From: an uncultured Verrucomicrobiales bacterium | Lineage (GTDB): Bacteria > Verrucomicrobiota > Verrucomicrobiia > Limisphaerales > UBA1100 | Reading direction: 5' to 3' | Assembly (NCBI GenBank): GCA_913048135.1 | Contig: CAJWVY010000001.1 | Span: 4,245-68,244 of the forward strand | DNA: 64,000 nucleotides | Translations under genes and position numbers: made by a program | Shown here: piece by piece, positions 13,961-23,699 of the stretch | How positions within the stretch are numbered: the first letter of the stretch is position 1 | Layout: every line of letters starts with the position of its first letter | Notes under the pieces: generated by a model | Seen by the model: only the letters and a program-made list of their open reading frames with translations | Databases searched by the model: none | Told to the model about the DNA's origin: nothing

Positions 13961-14593
13961 ATGGAACTTGATGTAAAGACACTTTCAGGCAGCGACTCGG
14001 GCAAGGTGCCCGTGGGCTTTGATCTGGTGGATGCCGAGAAAGGCAATCAGGCCGTGCACGACACCGTGGTCGCCTTCATGGCAGCCCAACGCATGGGCAC
14101 CGCCAAGACCAAGACGCGCGGTGAAGTGAGTGGCACCGGCAAAAAGCCGTGGCGCCAAAAAGGCACGGGCCGTGCCCGGACTGGTTCGCGCCGGACCCCC
14201 ATCTTCACCGGTGGCGGGGTGGCTCATGGCCCTAAGCCGCGCGACTACTCGAAAAAGGTGAACACCAAGACCCGCCGCTTGGCCCTGCGCAAGGCGCTGA
14301 CCGAGCGCATCAATGCCGGTGAGGTGATCGTGGTGGATTCCCTGAAGCTCGAGTCGCACAAGACCAAAGCGTTGGCTGATCAAATTGAATCGTTGGCACC
14401 GGAAGGCACCGTGTTGCTGGTTAATGGTGAGGCCGATGGCAATCTGGCGCTGGCTGCCCGCAACATTCCGTTGGTGGAGCTGGTGGAAGCTGAATCATTG
14501 AACACCTACGAGGTGCTTCGCCCGGACACGGTGATCATCTCGAAGGACGCTCTAGAAAAAGTGGCCTCCCGGCTAAAAACGAAAGAGAGCTAA
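13961..14593 (+). CDS. rplD: 50S ribosomal protein uL4
   Basis: [39 protein letters not shown] signature. 210 aa. Confidence 0.95.
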   Translation: MELDVKTLSGSDSGKVPVGFDLVDAEKGNQAVHDTVVAFMAAQRMGTAKTKTRGEVSGTGKKPWRQKGTGRARTGSRRTPIFTGGGVAHGPKPRDYSKKVNTKTRRLALRKALTERINAGEVIVVDSLKLESHKTKALADQIESLAPEGTVLLVNGEADGNLALAARNIPLVELVEAESLNTYEVLRPDTVIISKDALEKVASRLKTKES

Positions 14594-14913
14594 TGGACTC
14601 ATTTACCGTCATCAAGGGTCTGCACGACTCGGAGAAAACACAGCACCTGAAGGATCTATACACCTTCCGCCGAACCCAGGGCATGAAGGACGATGTGGAC
14701 CGTCAGTACACGCTGCGCGTCGATGTGCGGGCCAATAAACACCAGATCCGCCAGGCCGTGGAGGAACTGTTTCCCAAGGTGAAAGTCGCCTCGGTAAACA
14801 CCTCCCGTATGAATGGTAAAACCAAGCGCGCCCGCACCCGCGTGGCCGGCCGTACTTCCGACTGGAAGAAAGCCGTCATTACGTTGAAAGAAGGCGAGAT
14901 CGAACTGTTGTAA
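14593..14913 (+). CDS. rplW: 50S ribosomal protein uL23
   Basis: 106-aa basic protein between rplD and rplB. Its start overlaps the rplD stop (TAATG). Confidence 0.9.
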   Translation: MDSFTVIKGLHDSEKTQHLKDLYTFRRTQGMKDDVDRQYTLRVDVRANKHQIRQAVEELFPKVKVASVNTSRMNGKTKRARTRVAGRTSDWKKAVITLKEGEIELL

Positions 14914-14925
14914 GGAGATTCAGAG

Positions 14926-15795
14926 ATGCCCATCCGTTCCTATAAACCCGTGACCCCCTCGCAGCGCTACATCAAGCGCTCCACCTTTGAGGAGATCACC
15001 AAGACTAAGCCTGAAAAGGCACTGGTTAAGATCAAGAAGAAGACCGGTGGCCGCAACAGTGATGGTCACATCACCATGCGGGGCATCGGTGGCGGCGCGA
15101 AGCAGAAGATTCGCAACGTGGATTTCCGCCGGCGTTTCGCCCGCGACAAGTACGGTGCCAACGCTACGGTAGAAGGTACCGTGATCGCCATTGAGTACGA
15201 TCCCATGCGCTCCTCCCGTATTGCTCTCGTGGAATACAAGGACAATGAGAAGCGCTACATCATCGCGGCTAAGGACATGGAAGTGGGGCACAAGATTCAC
15301 AGCGGTCCCGACGCCGAGCCGGAATCGGGCAACGCTTTGCCGCTGGCCAAGATTCCCGCGGGTACCGCGATTCATAATGTCGAGCTGACTCAGGGCAAGG
15401 GTGGTCAAATCGTCCGCGCGGCCGGCTCCTCTGCCACCGTGATGGCGAGTGACAAGGATTACGCACAGATCAAGCTGCCCTCCGGCGAAATTCGCCGCGT
15501 GAAAGCCAATTGCTGGGCTACCGTGGGTGTGGTGGGCAATGCCGATCACGAAAAGCAGGTGATCGGTAAGGCGGGCAACACCCGTCATCGCGGTCGCCGC
15601 GGCATAACCCGCGCGGTTGCGAAGAACCCGCACGATCACCCGATGGGTGGTGGTGAGGCCAAGACCTCCGGTGGCGGGCATCCGGTCACCCCGTGGGGTG
15701 TGATCACCAAGGGTTACAAGACCCGCTCCAAGAAGAAGTACTCCAACAAATTTATCCTCGTACGCCGCGATGGTCGGCCGATGAAACGGAAGTAA
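14926..15795 (+). CDS. rplB: 50S ribosomal protein uL2
   Basis: GRNSDGHITMRGIGGGAKQK and HPMGGGEAKTSGGGHPVTPWG motifs. 289 aa. Confidence 0.97.
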   Translation: MPIRSYKPVTPSQRYIKRSTFEEITKTKPEKALVKIKKKTGGRNSDGHITMRGIGGGAKQKIRNVDFRRRFARDKYGANATVEGTVIAIEYDPMRSSRIALVEYKDNEKRYIIAAKDMEVGHKIHSGPDAEPESGNALPLAKIPAGTAIHNVELTQGKGGQIVRAAGSSATVMASDKDYAQIKLPSGEIRRVKANCWATVGVVGNADHEKQVIGKAGNTRHRGRRGITRAVAKNPHDHPMGGGEAKTSGGGHPVTPWGVITKGYKTRSKKKYSNKFILVRRDGRPMKRK

Positions 15796-15801
15796 GCAGC
15801 C

Positions 15802-16080
15802 ATGGCACGTTCAATCAAAAAAGGTTACTACACCGACGCCAAGCTCCTCGGCAAGGCGATGAAGGCAAAGGAATCCGGCTCGACCAAGCCGATCAAGACC
15901 TGGTCACGCCGTTCCACCATCATGCCCGACTTTGTGGGGCTGACGTTTAATGTTCACAACGGCAAACAATTTCTGCCGGTGTACGTGAGTGAAAACATGG
16001 TGGGCCACAAGCTCGGCGAGTTTTCCCCGACCCGCCAATTCAAGGGCCACACCGCCCACGTGAAACGGGAGGTCCGTTAA
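15802..16080 (+). CDS. rpsS: 30S ribosomal protein uS19
   Basis: MARSIKKG..., [32 protein letters not shown]. Confidence 0.97.
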   Translation: MARSIKKGYYTDAKLLGKAMKAKESGSTKPIKTWSRRSTIMPDFVGLTFNVHNGKQFLPVYVSENMVGHKLGEFSPTRQFKGHTAHVKREVR

Positions 16081-16081
16081 G

Positions 16082-16570
16082 ATGAATATTACTGCCACAA
16101 CGCGCAACGTGCGCATGTCGCCGAAGAAGGTGCGTGAAGTGACGCGCCAGATCGCCGGTCTGCCGGTGTCCAAGGCTCAGGCTGTGTTGGCCAACATCCC
16201 GCGCAAATCCGCGCGGCTCGTCGCTCAGACCCTGAAATCCGCCGTGGCCAATGCCGAGCACATCAGCGCGGAATGGAACGAGGGCGAGATCCAGAACAAG
16301 GTGGCTGAGATCAAGGAAACGATTCAAAACAAAACCACGGAGAAGGGCACGCTGGCCCGCAAATACCGCCACCTCAAGGCGGATCTGGCCAAGTACGAGG
16401 CTTACCTCGATTCGGACAACAAGCTGGCGGCCGATACCCTCGTGATCAAGGAAGCGATGGCTGGCGCGGCCACGCCGTTGCGTCGTTGGCGCACCCGCGC
16501 ACGTGGCGGTGGCAGCACCATCATCAAGCGCACCAGTCACATCCGGATCACCCTCTCCGACGACAAATAG
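16082..16570 (+). CDS. rplV: 50S ribosomal protein uL22 (with long internal insertion)
   Basis: [15 protein letters not shown] at the N-terminus and [14 protein letters not shown] at the C-terminus. 162 aa, versus about 110 aa for E. coli uL22 as I recall it. Confidence 0.93.
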   Translation: MNITATTRNVRMSPKKVREVTRQIAGLPVSKAQAVLANIPRKSARLVAQTLKSAVANAEHISAEWNEGEIQNKVAEIKETIQNKTTEKGTLARKYRHLKADLAKYEAYLDSDNKLAADTLVIKEAMAGAATPLRRWRTRARGGGSTIIKRTSHIRITLSDDK

Positions 16571-16581
16571 GATTTAGTACC

Positions 16582-17259
16582 ATGGGACAAAAGAGCAATC
16601 CAATCGGCCTTCGCCTGGCAGTCAACAAAGACTGGGCCTCCAAGTGGTATGCGGATAAGAAGAGCTTCGCCAACTACCTCACCGAGGACCGGGCGATCCG
16701 CAAGCTGTTGTTTGATAAATTGGGCGGCGCAGCCGTGACCAAGATTCTCATCGAGCGCGCCACCCAGCGCGTGCGCATCAAGATTTTGACCGCCCGCCCC
16801 GGCGTGGTGATCGGCCGGCGCGGTGCTGAGATCGACAAGATCAAGGAGCAACTCGCCCGCATGACCGGTAAAGAGGTTTACGTGGACATCCAGGAAATCC
16901 GCAAGCCGGAGATCGATGCCCAGCTCGTAGCCGAAAACGTGGCCCAACAACTCGAGCGCCGCATCATGTTCCGCCGGGCCATGAAACGCGCTGTGCAAAT
17001 GGCGATGGATTTCGGAGCCGAAGGCATTCGTATCCGTTGTGCCGGTCGATTAGGCGGTGCCGAGCTTTCCCGTACGGAGCAGTACCTCGAAGGCCGTGTG
17101 CCGTTGCACACCCTGCGTGCGAATATCGATTACGGATTTACCGAGGCCAAAACCAAAGCTGGGATTCTGGGCATTAAATGCTGGATTTGTACCGGTGAGG
17201 ATAAGCCCTCGAACAAGAGCGCTGAGGTTATTGAAACCGGCGCGGCCGAGAGCAAGTAA
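16582..17259 (+). CDS. rpsC: 30S ribosomal protein uS3
   Basis: Start set at ATG 16582 ([12 protein letters not shown]...). [31 protein letters not shown]. Confidence 0.96.
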   Translation: MGQKSNPIGLRLAVNKDWASKWYADKKSFANYLTEDRAIRKLLFDKLGGAAVTKILIERATQRVRIKILTARPGVVIGRRGAEIDKIKEQLARMTGKEVYVDIQEIRKPEIDAQLVAENVAQQLERRIMFRRAMKRAVQMAMDFGAEGIRIRCAGRLGGAELSRTEQYLEGRVPLHTLRANIDYGFTEAKTKAGILGIKCWICTGEDKPSNKSAEVIETGAAESK

Positions 17260-17278
17260 GCAAGAAAGAACAAGAACG

Positions 17279-17689
17279 ATGGCCAAGCAAATTCCAGCCC
17301 GCGTCAAGTACCGCAAGATGCACCGTGGCAGTCGTGCCGGCATCGCGTGGAAGGGCTCTGATGTGTCTTTTGGGGAGTACGGACTGCAGGCATTGGACCG
17401 GGCGTGGATTACCACCCGCCAAATTGAAGCCTGTCGCCAGACTATTACCCGCAAAATGAAACGTCGCGGCAAGGTGTGGATTCGCATCTTCCCGCACAAA
17501 TCCTACACCAAGAAACCGTTGGAAGTGCGGATGGGTAAAGGCAAGGCCGCGGTGGAAGGCTGGGTGGCTGTGGTGCGTCCGGCTAACATGTTGTTTGAAA
17601 TTTCCGGTGTCAGCGAGAGCCTGGCCAAGGAGGCCTTGTCTCTGGCGGCGGCCAAGCTGCCGATCAAAACCCGCATGATCAAGCGATAG
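17279..17689 (+). CDS. rplP: 50S ribosomal protein uL16
   Basis: Start set at ATG 17279. KYRKMHRG..., [44 protein letters not shown]. Confidence 0.95.
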   Translation: MAKQIPARVKYRKMHRGSRAGIAWKGSDVSFGEYGLQALDRAWITTRQIEACRQTITRKMKRRGKVWIRIFPHKSYTKKPLEVRMGKGKAAVEGWVAVVRPANMLFEISGVSESLAKEALSLAAAKLPIKTRMIKR

Positions 17690-17691
17690 CC

Positions 17692-17895
17692 ATGAACATG
17701 AACGAAATTAAGGAAATGCCCCCCGTGGAGCTGCTGGCCAAAGGCCGCGAGCTCCGTGCGGAGCTGTTCAACCTGAACCTGCAGAAATCCATCGGCACGC
17801 TCGAGAAGCCGCATCGCATCAGCGAACTGCGCAAGGATATCGCCCGCGTGGAAACCGCGTTGAGCGCCAAGAAGAAAGAGGCCGCATCGGCGTAA
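17692..17895 (+). CDS. rpmC: 50S ribosomal protein uL29
   Basis: 67-aa helical protein (ELRAELFNLNLQK...) between rplP and rpsQ. Confidence 0.9.
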   Translation: MNMNEIKEMPPVELLAKGRELRAELFNLNLQKSIGTLEKPHRISELRKDIARVETALSAKKKEAASA

Positions 17896-17907
17896 GGAAT
17901 TTGACTC

Positions 17908-18165
17908 ATGAGTGAAGCGACAGAAAAACATCGCAAGCAGCGCCAAGGCGAAGTGGTTTCGGCCGCCGCCGACAAAACCATCGTGGTGAAGGTGAAGCGC
18001 CGCGTGCGTCATCCGCTGTACAAGAAAGTGGTAACGCGTTTTAAGAAATTTTACGCCCACGACGAGGACAACAAGGCCAAGGCCGGAGATCAGGTGCGCA
18101 TTCAGGAATGCCCGCCGAAATCCAAGCTCAAGCGTTGGGAACTACTCGAAGTGGTAGGCGGCTAA
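17908..18165 (+). CDS. rpsQ: 30S ribosomal protein uS17
   Basis: [29 protein letters not shown]...YAHDEDN. 85 aa. Confidence 0.94.
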   Translation: MSEATEKHRKQRQGEVVSAAADKTIVVKVKRRVRHPLYKKVVTRFKKFYAHDEDNKAKAGDQVRIQECPPKSKLKRWELLEVVGG

Positions 18166-18183
18166 CCCAGGAGATCTGAAGAG

Positions 18184-18552
18184 ATGTTGCAGTTACGTTC
18201 AGTTTGTGATGTGGCCGATAACACCGGCGCCAAGCGCGCGGCGATTATCCACGTGCTCGGCGAAGCCAAACGCTACGGCGAGATTGGCGACGTGGTGAAG
18301 GCGCACATTAAGGAAGCTGCCCCCGATGGCAGCGTGAAAAAAAGCGAAGTGGTCGACGCTGTGGTGGTGCGCACCCGTCGCGCCATCCGTCGCGCCGATG
18401 GCTCCTACCTGCGCTTCGACAACAACGCGGTGGTGATCATCGACAAGGAAGGCGCGCCCCGCGGCACGCGTATCTTTGGCCCGGTGGCCCGCGAGCTGCG
18501 CGAGCAGAAGAAATTCATGAAAATCATCTCCCTCGCCCCGGAGGTCCTGTAA
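18184..18552 (+). CDS. rplN: 50S ribosomal protein uL14
   Basis: [26 protein letters not shown]... 122 aa. Confidence 0.96.
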   Translation: MLQLRSVCDVADNTGAKRAAIIHVLGEAKRYGEIGDVVKAHIKEAAPDGSVKKSEVVDAVVVRTRRAIRRADGSYLRFDNNAVVIIDKEGAPRGTRIFGPVARELREQKKFMKIISLAPEVL

Positions 18553-18836
18553 TGAGTGCAAAGTCTGAATATAAGGTAATGTCAGGCGACGAGGTGGTGA
18601 TCCTTGCCGGGGAACACCGCGACAGCACCGCCAAGGTTGTGCGCTTCGTGAACGACGGCAACCGCGTGGAGCTGGAAGTGGATGGATTGGAAGACGATGA
18701 TAAGGTCATCAAACACCAGCGCCGCAGTCAGGAATTTCCGAACGGCACCCGCCTGTTTTTGAACCCGACCGTTCACGTGTCGAATGTGATGAAAAAATCC
18801 CGCTGGGACAAGAAGCACCCAGCTCGGGCCAACTAA
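18552..18836 (+). CDS. rplX: 50S ribosomal protein uL24
   Basis: KOW-like [19 protein letters not shown]. 94 aa. Its start overlaps the rplN stop (TAATG). Confidence 0.88.
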   Translation: MSAKSEYKVMSGDEVVILAGEHRDSTAKVVRFVNDGNRVELEVDGLEDDDKVIKHQRRSQEFPNGTRLFLNPTVHVSNVMKKSRWDKKHPARAN

Positions 18837-18847
18837 TTTGAAGCAAG

Positions 18848-19390
18848 ATGGAATCGCGACTGTACAAAAAGTATAAGGATGAGGTGAAGCCGGCCCTGCA
18901 AACCGAGCGGGGTTATGCAAACGTGCACCAGATTCCCGGTCTGGATAAAATCGTCGTGCGTATGGGCGTGGACGCCACCCTTGAGAAATCCGCGCTCGAT
19001 GATGCGGTAAAGGACATGACCACCATCACCGGCCGCAAGCCCGTGATCGACAAATCCCGCAAGGCGGTTTCGAACTTTAAACTACGCGAAGGCCAGGCCA
19101 TTGGTTGCCACGTAACCCTCCGTCGCGAGGTTATGTGGGAATTCATGGATCGCCTGACCACCGCGGCGCTGCCCCGCATCCGGGACTTTCGCGGCATCAA
19201 CCCGCGCGGCTTTGACGGTCATGGCAACTATTCCATGGGCGTGAGCGACCAGTCCATCTTCCCGGAGATTGAGCTGGATAAAGTGAAGCGCACCCAGGGC
19301 ATGGACATTACATTTGTGACCACGGCCAAAACCAATGATGAGGCCAAGGACCTGCTCACCAAGCTGGGCATGCCGTTTGCAAAGAAATAG
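18848..19390 (+). CDS. rplE: 50S ribosomal protein uL5
   Basis: GCHVTLRREVMWEFMDRL and DGHGNYSMGVSDQSIFPEI motifs. 180 aa. Confidence 0.96.
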   Translation: MESRLYKKYKDEVKPALQTERGYANVHQIPGLDKIVVRMGVDATLEKSALDDAVKDMTTITGRKPVIDKSRKAVSNFKLREGQAIGCHVTLRREVMWEFMDRLTTAALPRIRDFRGINPRGFDGHGNYSMGVSDQSIFPEIELDKVKRTQGMDITFVTTAKTNDEAKDLLTKLGMPFAKK

Positions 19391-19402
19391 GGAGAATTTG
19401 AT

Positions 19403-19672
19403 ATGGCGAAAAAGAGTTGGATAGCCCGGAATAAGAAGAAGGCCCGCGCAGTAGCCAAGTACGCCTCCAAGCGTGCAGAGCTGAAGGCTGCCGGCGACTA
19501 CGAGGCGCTAAGCCAGTTGCCCCGCAACGCCAGCCCCGTGCGCGTGGTGAACCGTTGTGAGCTCACCGGTCGCCGTCATGGATTTATTCGTAAGTTTGGC
19601 CTGAGCCGCATTGCCTTTCGTGAGGCAGCGGTGAGCGGTCTGATCCCCGGAGTCACAAAAGCCAGCTGGTAA
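19403..19672 (+). CDS. rpsN: 30S ribosomal protein uS14 (long form without Cys cluster)
   Basis: 89 aa. [13 protein letters not shown]..., [25 protein letters not shown]...W. Confidence 0.94.
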   Translation: MAKKSWIARNKKKARAVAKYASKRAELKAAGDYEALSQLPRNASPVRVVNRCELTGRRHGFIRKFGLSRIAFREAAVSGLIPGVTKASW

Positions 19673-19677
19673 GAACG

Positions 19678-20061
19678 ATGGATACTGTAGCCGACATGCT
19701 GACCCACGTGCGCAACGCCAATCAGGCGTTGAAGCCGAACGTAGTGGTGCGCCACTCCAATCTGAAGGAAAACATCGCCCGCATCCTCAAGCAGGAAGGA
19801 TACGTGAGCGGTTACTCCGTGAGCGGCGACGCGAAGAAGGAACTTAAGATTGATCTGAAGTTCAAGGCCCGCAAGGGCGTCATCGCCGGCATCAAGCGTG
19901 TCAGCAAGCCGGGCCTGCGCCAGTACGTGGCCGTGGATGAGATTCCGCGCGTGTTGGGTGGCTTGGGAGTGGCGATTTTGAGCACACCCAAGGGTGTGTT
20001 GACCGGCCAAGAGGCCCGGGATCAAAAGGTGGGTGGCGAAGTGCTCGCCCACATTTGGTAA
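19678..20061 (+). CDS. rpsH: 30S ribosomal protein uS8
   Basis: DTVADMLTHVRNANQA and STPKGVLTGQEARDQKVGGEVLAHIW. Confidence 0.96.
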   Translation: MDTVADMLTHVRNANQALKPNVVVRHSNLKENIARILKQEGYVSGYSVSGDAKKELKIDLKFKARKGVIAGIKRVSKPGLRQYVAVDEIPRVLGGLGVAILSTPKGVLTGQEARDQKVGGEVLAHIW

Positions 20062-20089
20062 GCTGGAGCTGAGTAGAAAGGAACGAACG

Positions 20090-20626
20090 ATGTCGCGTAT
20101 TGGAAAAAAACCCGTGCCCGTGCCAGACGCCGTAAAGGTGGCGATCGATGGCCGGACGGTGTCTGTGGAGGGCCCCAAGGGTAAGCTGCAGCTGGATTTG
20201 CCGGATCACACCGAGGCCTCGCTGGAAGACGGCCAGGTGGTGGTGACCCGTGAGAACGACGAGAAACGCGCCAAATCCATGCATGGCCTGGCTCGTTCCC
20301 TCATCAACAACATGGTCGTGGGCGTGGAAAAGGGCTTCGTGAAGAAGCTCGAGATCAACGGCGTGGGTTTCAAGGCAGCCGTCAAAGGCAACGTCATCAA
20401 CCTGAACCTCGGCTACTCGCACGAGATCAACCACGAGATTCCCGCCGGCATCACCGTGACCGTGGAAAGCAACACCAACGTAACCATCGAGGGTGCCGAC
20501 AAGGCCGTAGTTGGCAAAGTGGCCGCCGAAGTGCGCTCCTACTATCCAGTGGAGCCCTACAAAGGCAAGGGCGTGCGCTATTCCGACGAACACGTCGTGC
20601 GCAAGCAGGGCAAACAGGTTACATAA
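20090..20626 (+). CDS. rplF: 50S ribosomal protein uL6
   Basis: Start set at ATG 20090 (MSRIGKKPVPVPDAVKV...). The track ORF start at 20033 overlaps rpsH. Confidence 0.95.
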   Translation: MSRIGKKPVPVPDAVKVAIDGRTVSVEGPKGKLQLDLPDHTEASLEDGQVVVTRENDEKRAKSMHGLARSLINNMVVGVEKGFVKKLEINGVGFKAAVKGNVINLNLGYSHEINHEIPAGITVTVESNTNVTIEGADKAVVGKVAAEVRSYYPVEPYKGKGVRYSDEHVVRKQGKQVT

Positions 20627-20647
20627 ATTTGAACCGTTAAAGAAACG

Positions 20648-21019
20648 ATGAGAGCCGAGTTAAAACGCAGGATCGAGCAAAAGCGCCGCTTCCGGATCCG
20701 TAACAAGATCAAGGGCACGGCCGACCGTCCCCGCATGAGCGTGCGCTTCACTGAGCGCAACATTTACGTGCAGTTTATTGACGACGTCGAAGGCAAGACA
20801 CTGGCGTCCGCCTCCACCCGTCACAAGGAACAGGCCGATCGCGACAAGCTCGTCGCCAACAAGGCTTCAGCTGAGCAAATCGGCAAAGCCGCCGCCGAGG
20901 CAGCCAAGGGCGCCGGCATCACCGAGGTGATTTTTGATCGCAGCGGATCCCGCTATATCAAAGGCGGAAAAGTGGATGCGCTGGCCAGTGCCGCGCGTGC
21001 TGAAGGACTGAAATTTTAA
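20648..21019 (+). CDS. rplR: 50S ribosomal protein uL18
   Basis: RKRRFRIRNKIKGTADRPRMSVRFTERNIYVQFIDD...DRSGSRYIKGGKVDALASAARAEGLKF. Confidence 0.95.
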   Translation: MRAELKRRIEQKRRFRIRNKIKGTADRPRMSVRFTERNIYVQFIDDVEGKTLASASTRHKEQADRDKLVANKASAEQIGKAAAEAAKGAGITEVIFDRSGSRYIKGGKVDALASAARAEGLKF

Positions 21020-21042
21020 CCGCAACCAGAAAGACGAACATC

Positions 21043-21759
21043 GTGGCAGACGAAGAAAAGCAGGATACCCAGGCAGCCGCACCCGCTGAGGCGCCTACTG
21101 AGACCGCCGCAGCCCCGGCCGCCGAAGTGGCTCCGGCAGAGACGGCACCCGCACCAGCCGAGCAATCCGCGGGTCAAGAGGGTCAGCCGCGCGGTGGCGA
21201 TCGTCGTGGCGGTGGTGGCGATCGTCGTGGCGGTGGTGGCGATCGTCGTGGCGGTGGCCCGCGTGGCCGCAATCAACGTGGTCCGCGGCAGCAGAAGGAA
21301 GACGATGGCATCGCGGAAAAGGTGATCCACATCAACCGCTCCAGCAAAGTGGTGAAAGGTGGTCGTCGATTTGGTTTTAGTGCCCTCGTTGTGGTGGGCG
21401 ACAAGGAAGGCAAAGTGGGTTTGGGTACCGGCAAGGCTCGTGAGGTGATTTCCTGCATCACCAAGGGCACCGAGGTGGCCCGTCGCAACATGGTGAGCGT
21501 ATCCCTGAACGGCTCCACTGTGCCGCATGAAGTGTACTCCATTTATGGTGGTGCCCGTGTACTGTTGCGTCCGGCTTCACCCGGTACCGGCATCATTGCC
21601 GGCAAAACCGTGCGGGCCGTGCTCGAGAGTGCGGGCGTGCGCGATGTGTTGAGCAAATCGCTCGGCTCCAAGAACCCTGCCAATTTGGCCAAGGCAGCAC
21701 TGCAGGCCTTGCAACAAATGCGCCGCCGCGAGGACGTGATGGCCGGTCGCGATAAGTAA
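21043..21759 (+). CDS. rpsE: 30S ribosomal protein uS5 with ~85-aa N-terminal low-complexity/RGG extension
   Basis: GTG start at 21043. The conserved core is INRSSKVVKGGRRFGFSALVVVGDKEGKVGLGTGKAREV. It is preceded by an Ala/Pro/Glu tract and (GGDRRGG)x3. Confidence 0.93.
   Translation: MADEEKQDTQAAAPAEAPTETAAAPAAEVAPAETAPAPAEQSAGQEGQPRGGDRRGGGGDRRGGGGDRRGGGPRGRNQRGPRQQKEDDGIAEKVIHINRSSKVVKGGRRFGFSALVVVGDKEGKVGLGTGKAREVISCITKGTEVARRNMVSVSLNGSTVPHEVYSIYGGARVLLRPASPGTGIIAGKTVRAVLESAGVRDVLSKSLGSKNPANLAKAALQALQQMRRREDVMAGRDK
21193..21255 (+). repeat. Perfect 3 x 21-nt in-frame tandem repeat (GGTGGCGATCGTCGTGGCGGT) inside rpsE
   Basis: Read directly from the sequence. The units are 21193-21213, 21214-21234 and 21235-21255, identical at every base. 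Each encodes GGDRRGG. Confidence 0.95.
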
Positions 21760-21783
21760 CCTATTTTACCTGAGGAACAAGCA

Positions 21784-22278
21784 ATGCGTTTACATGATTT
21801 GAAACCGAACCCGGGCGCGAAGCATCGCCGCAAACGTTTGGGTCGTGGTCACGGCAGTAGCCGAGGCAAGACGAGCACGCGCGGTCATAAGGGCCAGGGT
21901 TCTCGCGCCGGCAGCAGCACGCGGGCGACCTTCGAGGGAGGGCAGATGCCTTACATTCGTCGTTTACCTAAGCGCGGCTTCAACAATGCACGGTTCCGCA
22001 CCGAATATGTGCCGGTGAACCTGTCCGATCTGGAGAAGCATTTTGAGGATGGAGCCACGGTGGATGTGTGCACTCTCAAGACGGCCGGCCTCGCCAATGG
22101 CGGTGGCAAAGTGCTTGTGAAGATTTTGGGCAACGGCAAGTTGACCAAGAAACTGACCGTAACTGCGCACAAATTCAGTGGCGCGGCTCAAAAGGCGATT
22201 GAAGCGGCCGGCGGAACATGCCAGGCATTGAATGTGCCGAAGCCGGCACCTGAAGCCGAAGCCCCCATGGCTGAATAA
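21784..22278 (+). CDS. rplO: 50S ribosomal protein uL15
   Basis: MRLHDLKPNPGAKHRRKRLGRGHGSSRGKTSTRGHKGQ. It follows rpsE after 24 nt, leaving no room for rpmD. Confidence 0.95.
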   Translation: MRLHDLKPNPGAKHRRKRLGRGHGSSRGKTSTRGHKGQGSRAGSSTRATFEGGQMPYIRRLPKRGFNNARFRTEYVPVNLSDLEKHFEDGATVDVCTLKTAGLANGGGKVLVKILGNGKLTKKLTVTAHKFSGAAQKAIEAAGGTCQALNVPKPAPEAEAPMAE

Positions 22279-22286
22279 GACTTTCC

Positions 22287-23699
22287 ATGTTCAGTCAGTA
22301 TTTCCAGACCCTCCAGAACTGCCTGAAGGTTAAGGAGCTCCAAAGCCGGATCTTCTTTACCTTGATGCTGCTGGTGGTGTGCCGGGTGGTGGCCATGACG
22401 CCAATCCCGGGTCTGGATGGTCAGTTGCTGTTGAGTTTCTTCGATCAATTGCGTGAACAGCAAGGATCCGGCACAGAAGGGGGTGCGGGGTTGTTGGGCA
22501 TGTATAGCATGTTTACTGGTGGCGCGTTAGAGCGTTGTGCGGTCGGGTCTCTGGGTATCATGCCCTACATCAGCGCGACAATTATAATTCAATTGATGAC
22601 CGCCGTTGTGCCTTCGTTGAGCAAATTGGCTCGGGAGGAAGGAGGTCGAACCCAGATCATTAAGTACGGTCGTTACCTCACGGTGTTGCTTTGCTTGGGT
22701 CAGGGGTTTGTGATGTCGGTCGGTTGGGAAAATCCACGAAACATACCTGGCTTCGGTGAGTTTGATGGTGAATTGGTTGCCGATCCCGGTTTGTGGTACC
22801 GCATTCGTACAATGATATTACTCACCACCGGGACGGTCCTTCTGATGTGGTTGGGCGAACAGATTACCGAGCGTGGAATTGGTAACGGCATTTCATTGGT
22901 GATCACTGTGGGTATTATTGCTAGGGTGGATCAGGCTTTCCTCGGAATCCGGGATATGTTTTTCCCCGCGAGTGGCGAAGGGGCGCATCCGTTCAATGGC
23001 GTGCTCCTGCTCGTCCTGTTGCTCACCGTGGTGGGTGTAGTAATTGCAGTGACGCAGGCAATGCGGAAAATTCCGGTCCAGTACGCCCAGCGGCAGGTGG
23101 GCCGGAAGATGATGCAGGGTGGTTCCACCTATTTCCCGCTCCGCGTGAATTACGCGGGTGTGATGCCGATCATCTTTGCGCAGGCAATCCTGATGTTCCC
23201 GGCTCAGATTTTTGGAACAGTTGGTCGCTGGCTCGGTGAAGGAAACGGGGCTGATTTCTTCATCGGACTGGGCGACGCTCTGGCTTACGGTTCCTTTTGG
23301 AATCTAGCCATGCAGTCGCTGATGATCCTGTTCTTCTCCTACTTCTGGGTGGCGACGCAATTTAATGAAACGCAGATTGCGGATGATTTGAAAAAGGCTG
23401 GTGGCTACATTCCCGGCGTTCGCCCTGGAAACGCGACACGCGACTTCCTGCATCATGCGATGAGCCGGTTGACCTTGGCCGGGGCCATGTTTCTGGTGGT
23501 CATCGCGGTGATCCCGACGGTGTTGGGCATCAATTTGGAAATTCCCTTCGCGGTGGCCCAGTTCTTTGGCGGCACGAGTCTACTGATTATGGTGGGCGTA
23601 ATGCTGGATACGATGCGGCAAATGGAAAGTCATTTGGCTCAGCATCATTATGATGGTTTTTTGAAAGGCGGCAAAAAGGTGCGGGGACGCGCCGGATGA
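22287..23699 (+). CDS. secY: Preprotein translocase subunit SecY
   Basis: 470-aa polytopic membrane protein. GIMPYISATIIIQLM and GNGISLVI motifs. Canonical position after rplO. Confidence 0.95.
   Translation: MFSQYFQTLQNCLKVKELQSRIFFTLMLLVVCRVVAMTPIPGLDGQLLLSFFDQLREQQGSGTEGGAGLLGMYSMFTGGALERCAVGSLGIMPYISATIIIQLMTAVVPSLSKLAREEGGRTQIIKYGRYLTVLLCLGQGFVMSVGWENPRNIPGFGEFDGELVADPGLWYRIRTMILLTTGTVLLMWLGEQITERGIGNGISLVITVGIIARVDQAFLGIRDMFFPASGEGAHPFNGVLLLVLLLTVVGVVIAVTQAMRKIPVQYAQRQVGRKMMQGGSTYFPLRVNYAGVMPIIFAQAILMFPAQIFGTVGRWLGEGNGADFFIGLGDALAYGSFWNLAMQSLMILFFSYFWVATQFNETQIADDLKKAGGYIPGVRPGNATRDFLHHAMSRLTLAGAMFLVVIAVIPTVLGINLEIPFAVAQFFGGTSLLIMVGVMLDTMRQMESHLAQHHYDGFLKGGKKVRGRAG

Noticed and set aside
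21193-21255. Considered whether the 21-nt repeats could be a mini CRISPR array or another repeat-spacer structure
   Set aside because: The units are directly adjacent with no spacers. They are in frame within rpsE and encode a coherent RGG motif.
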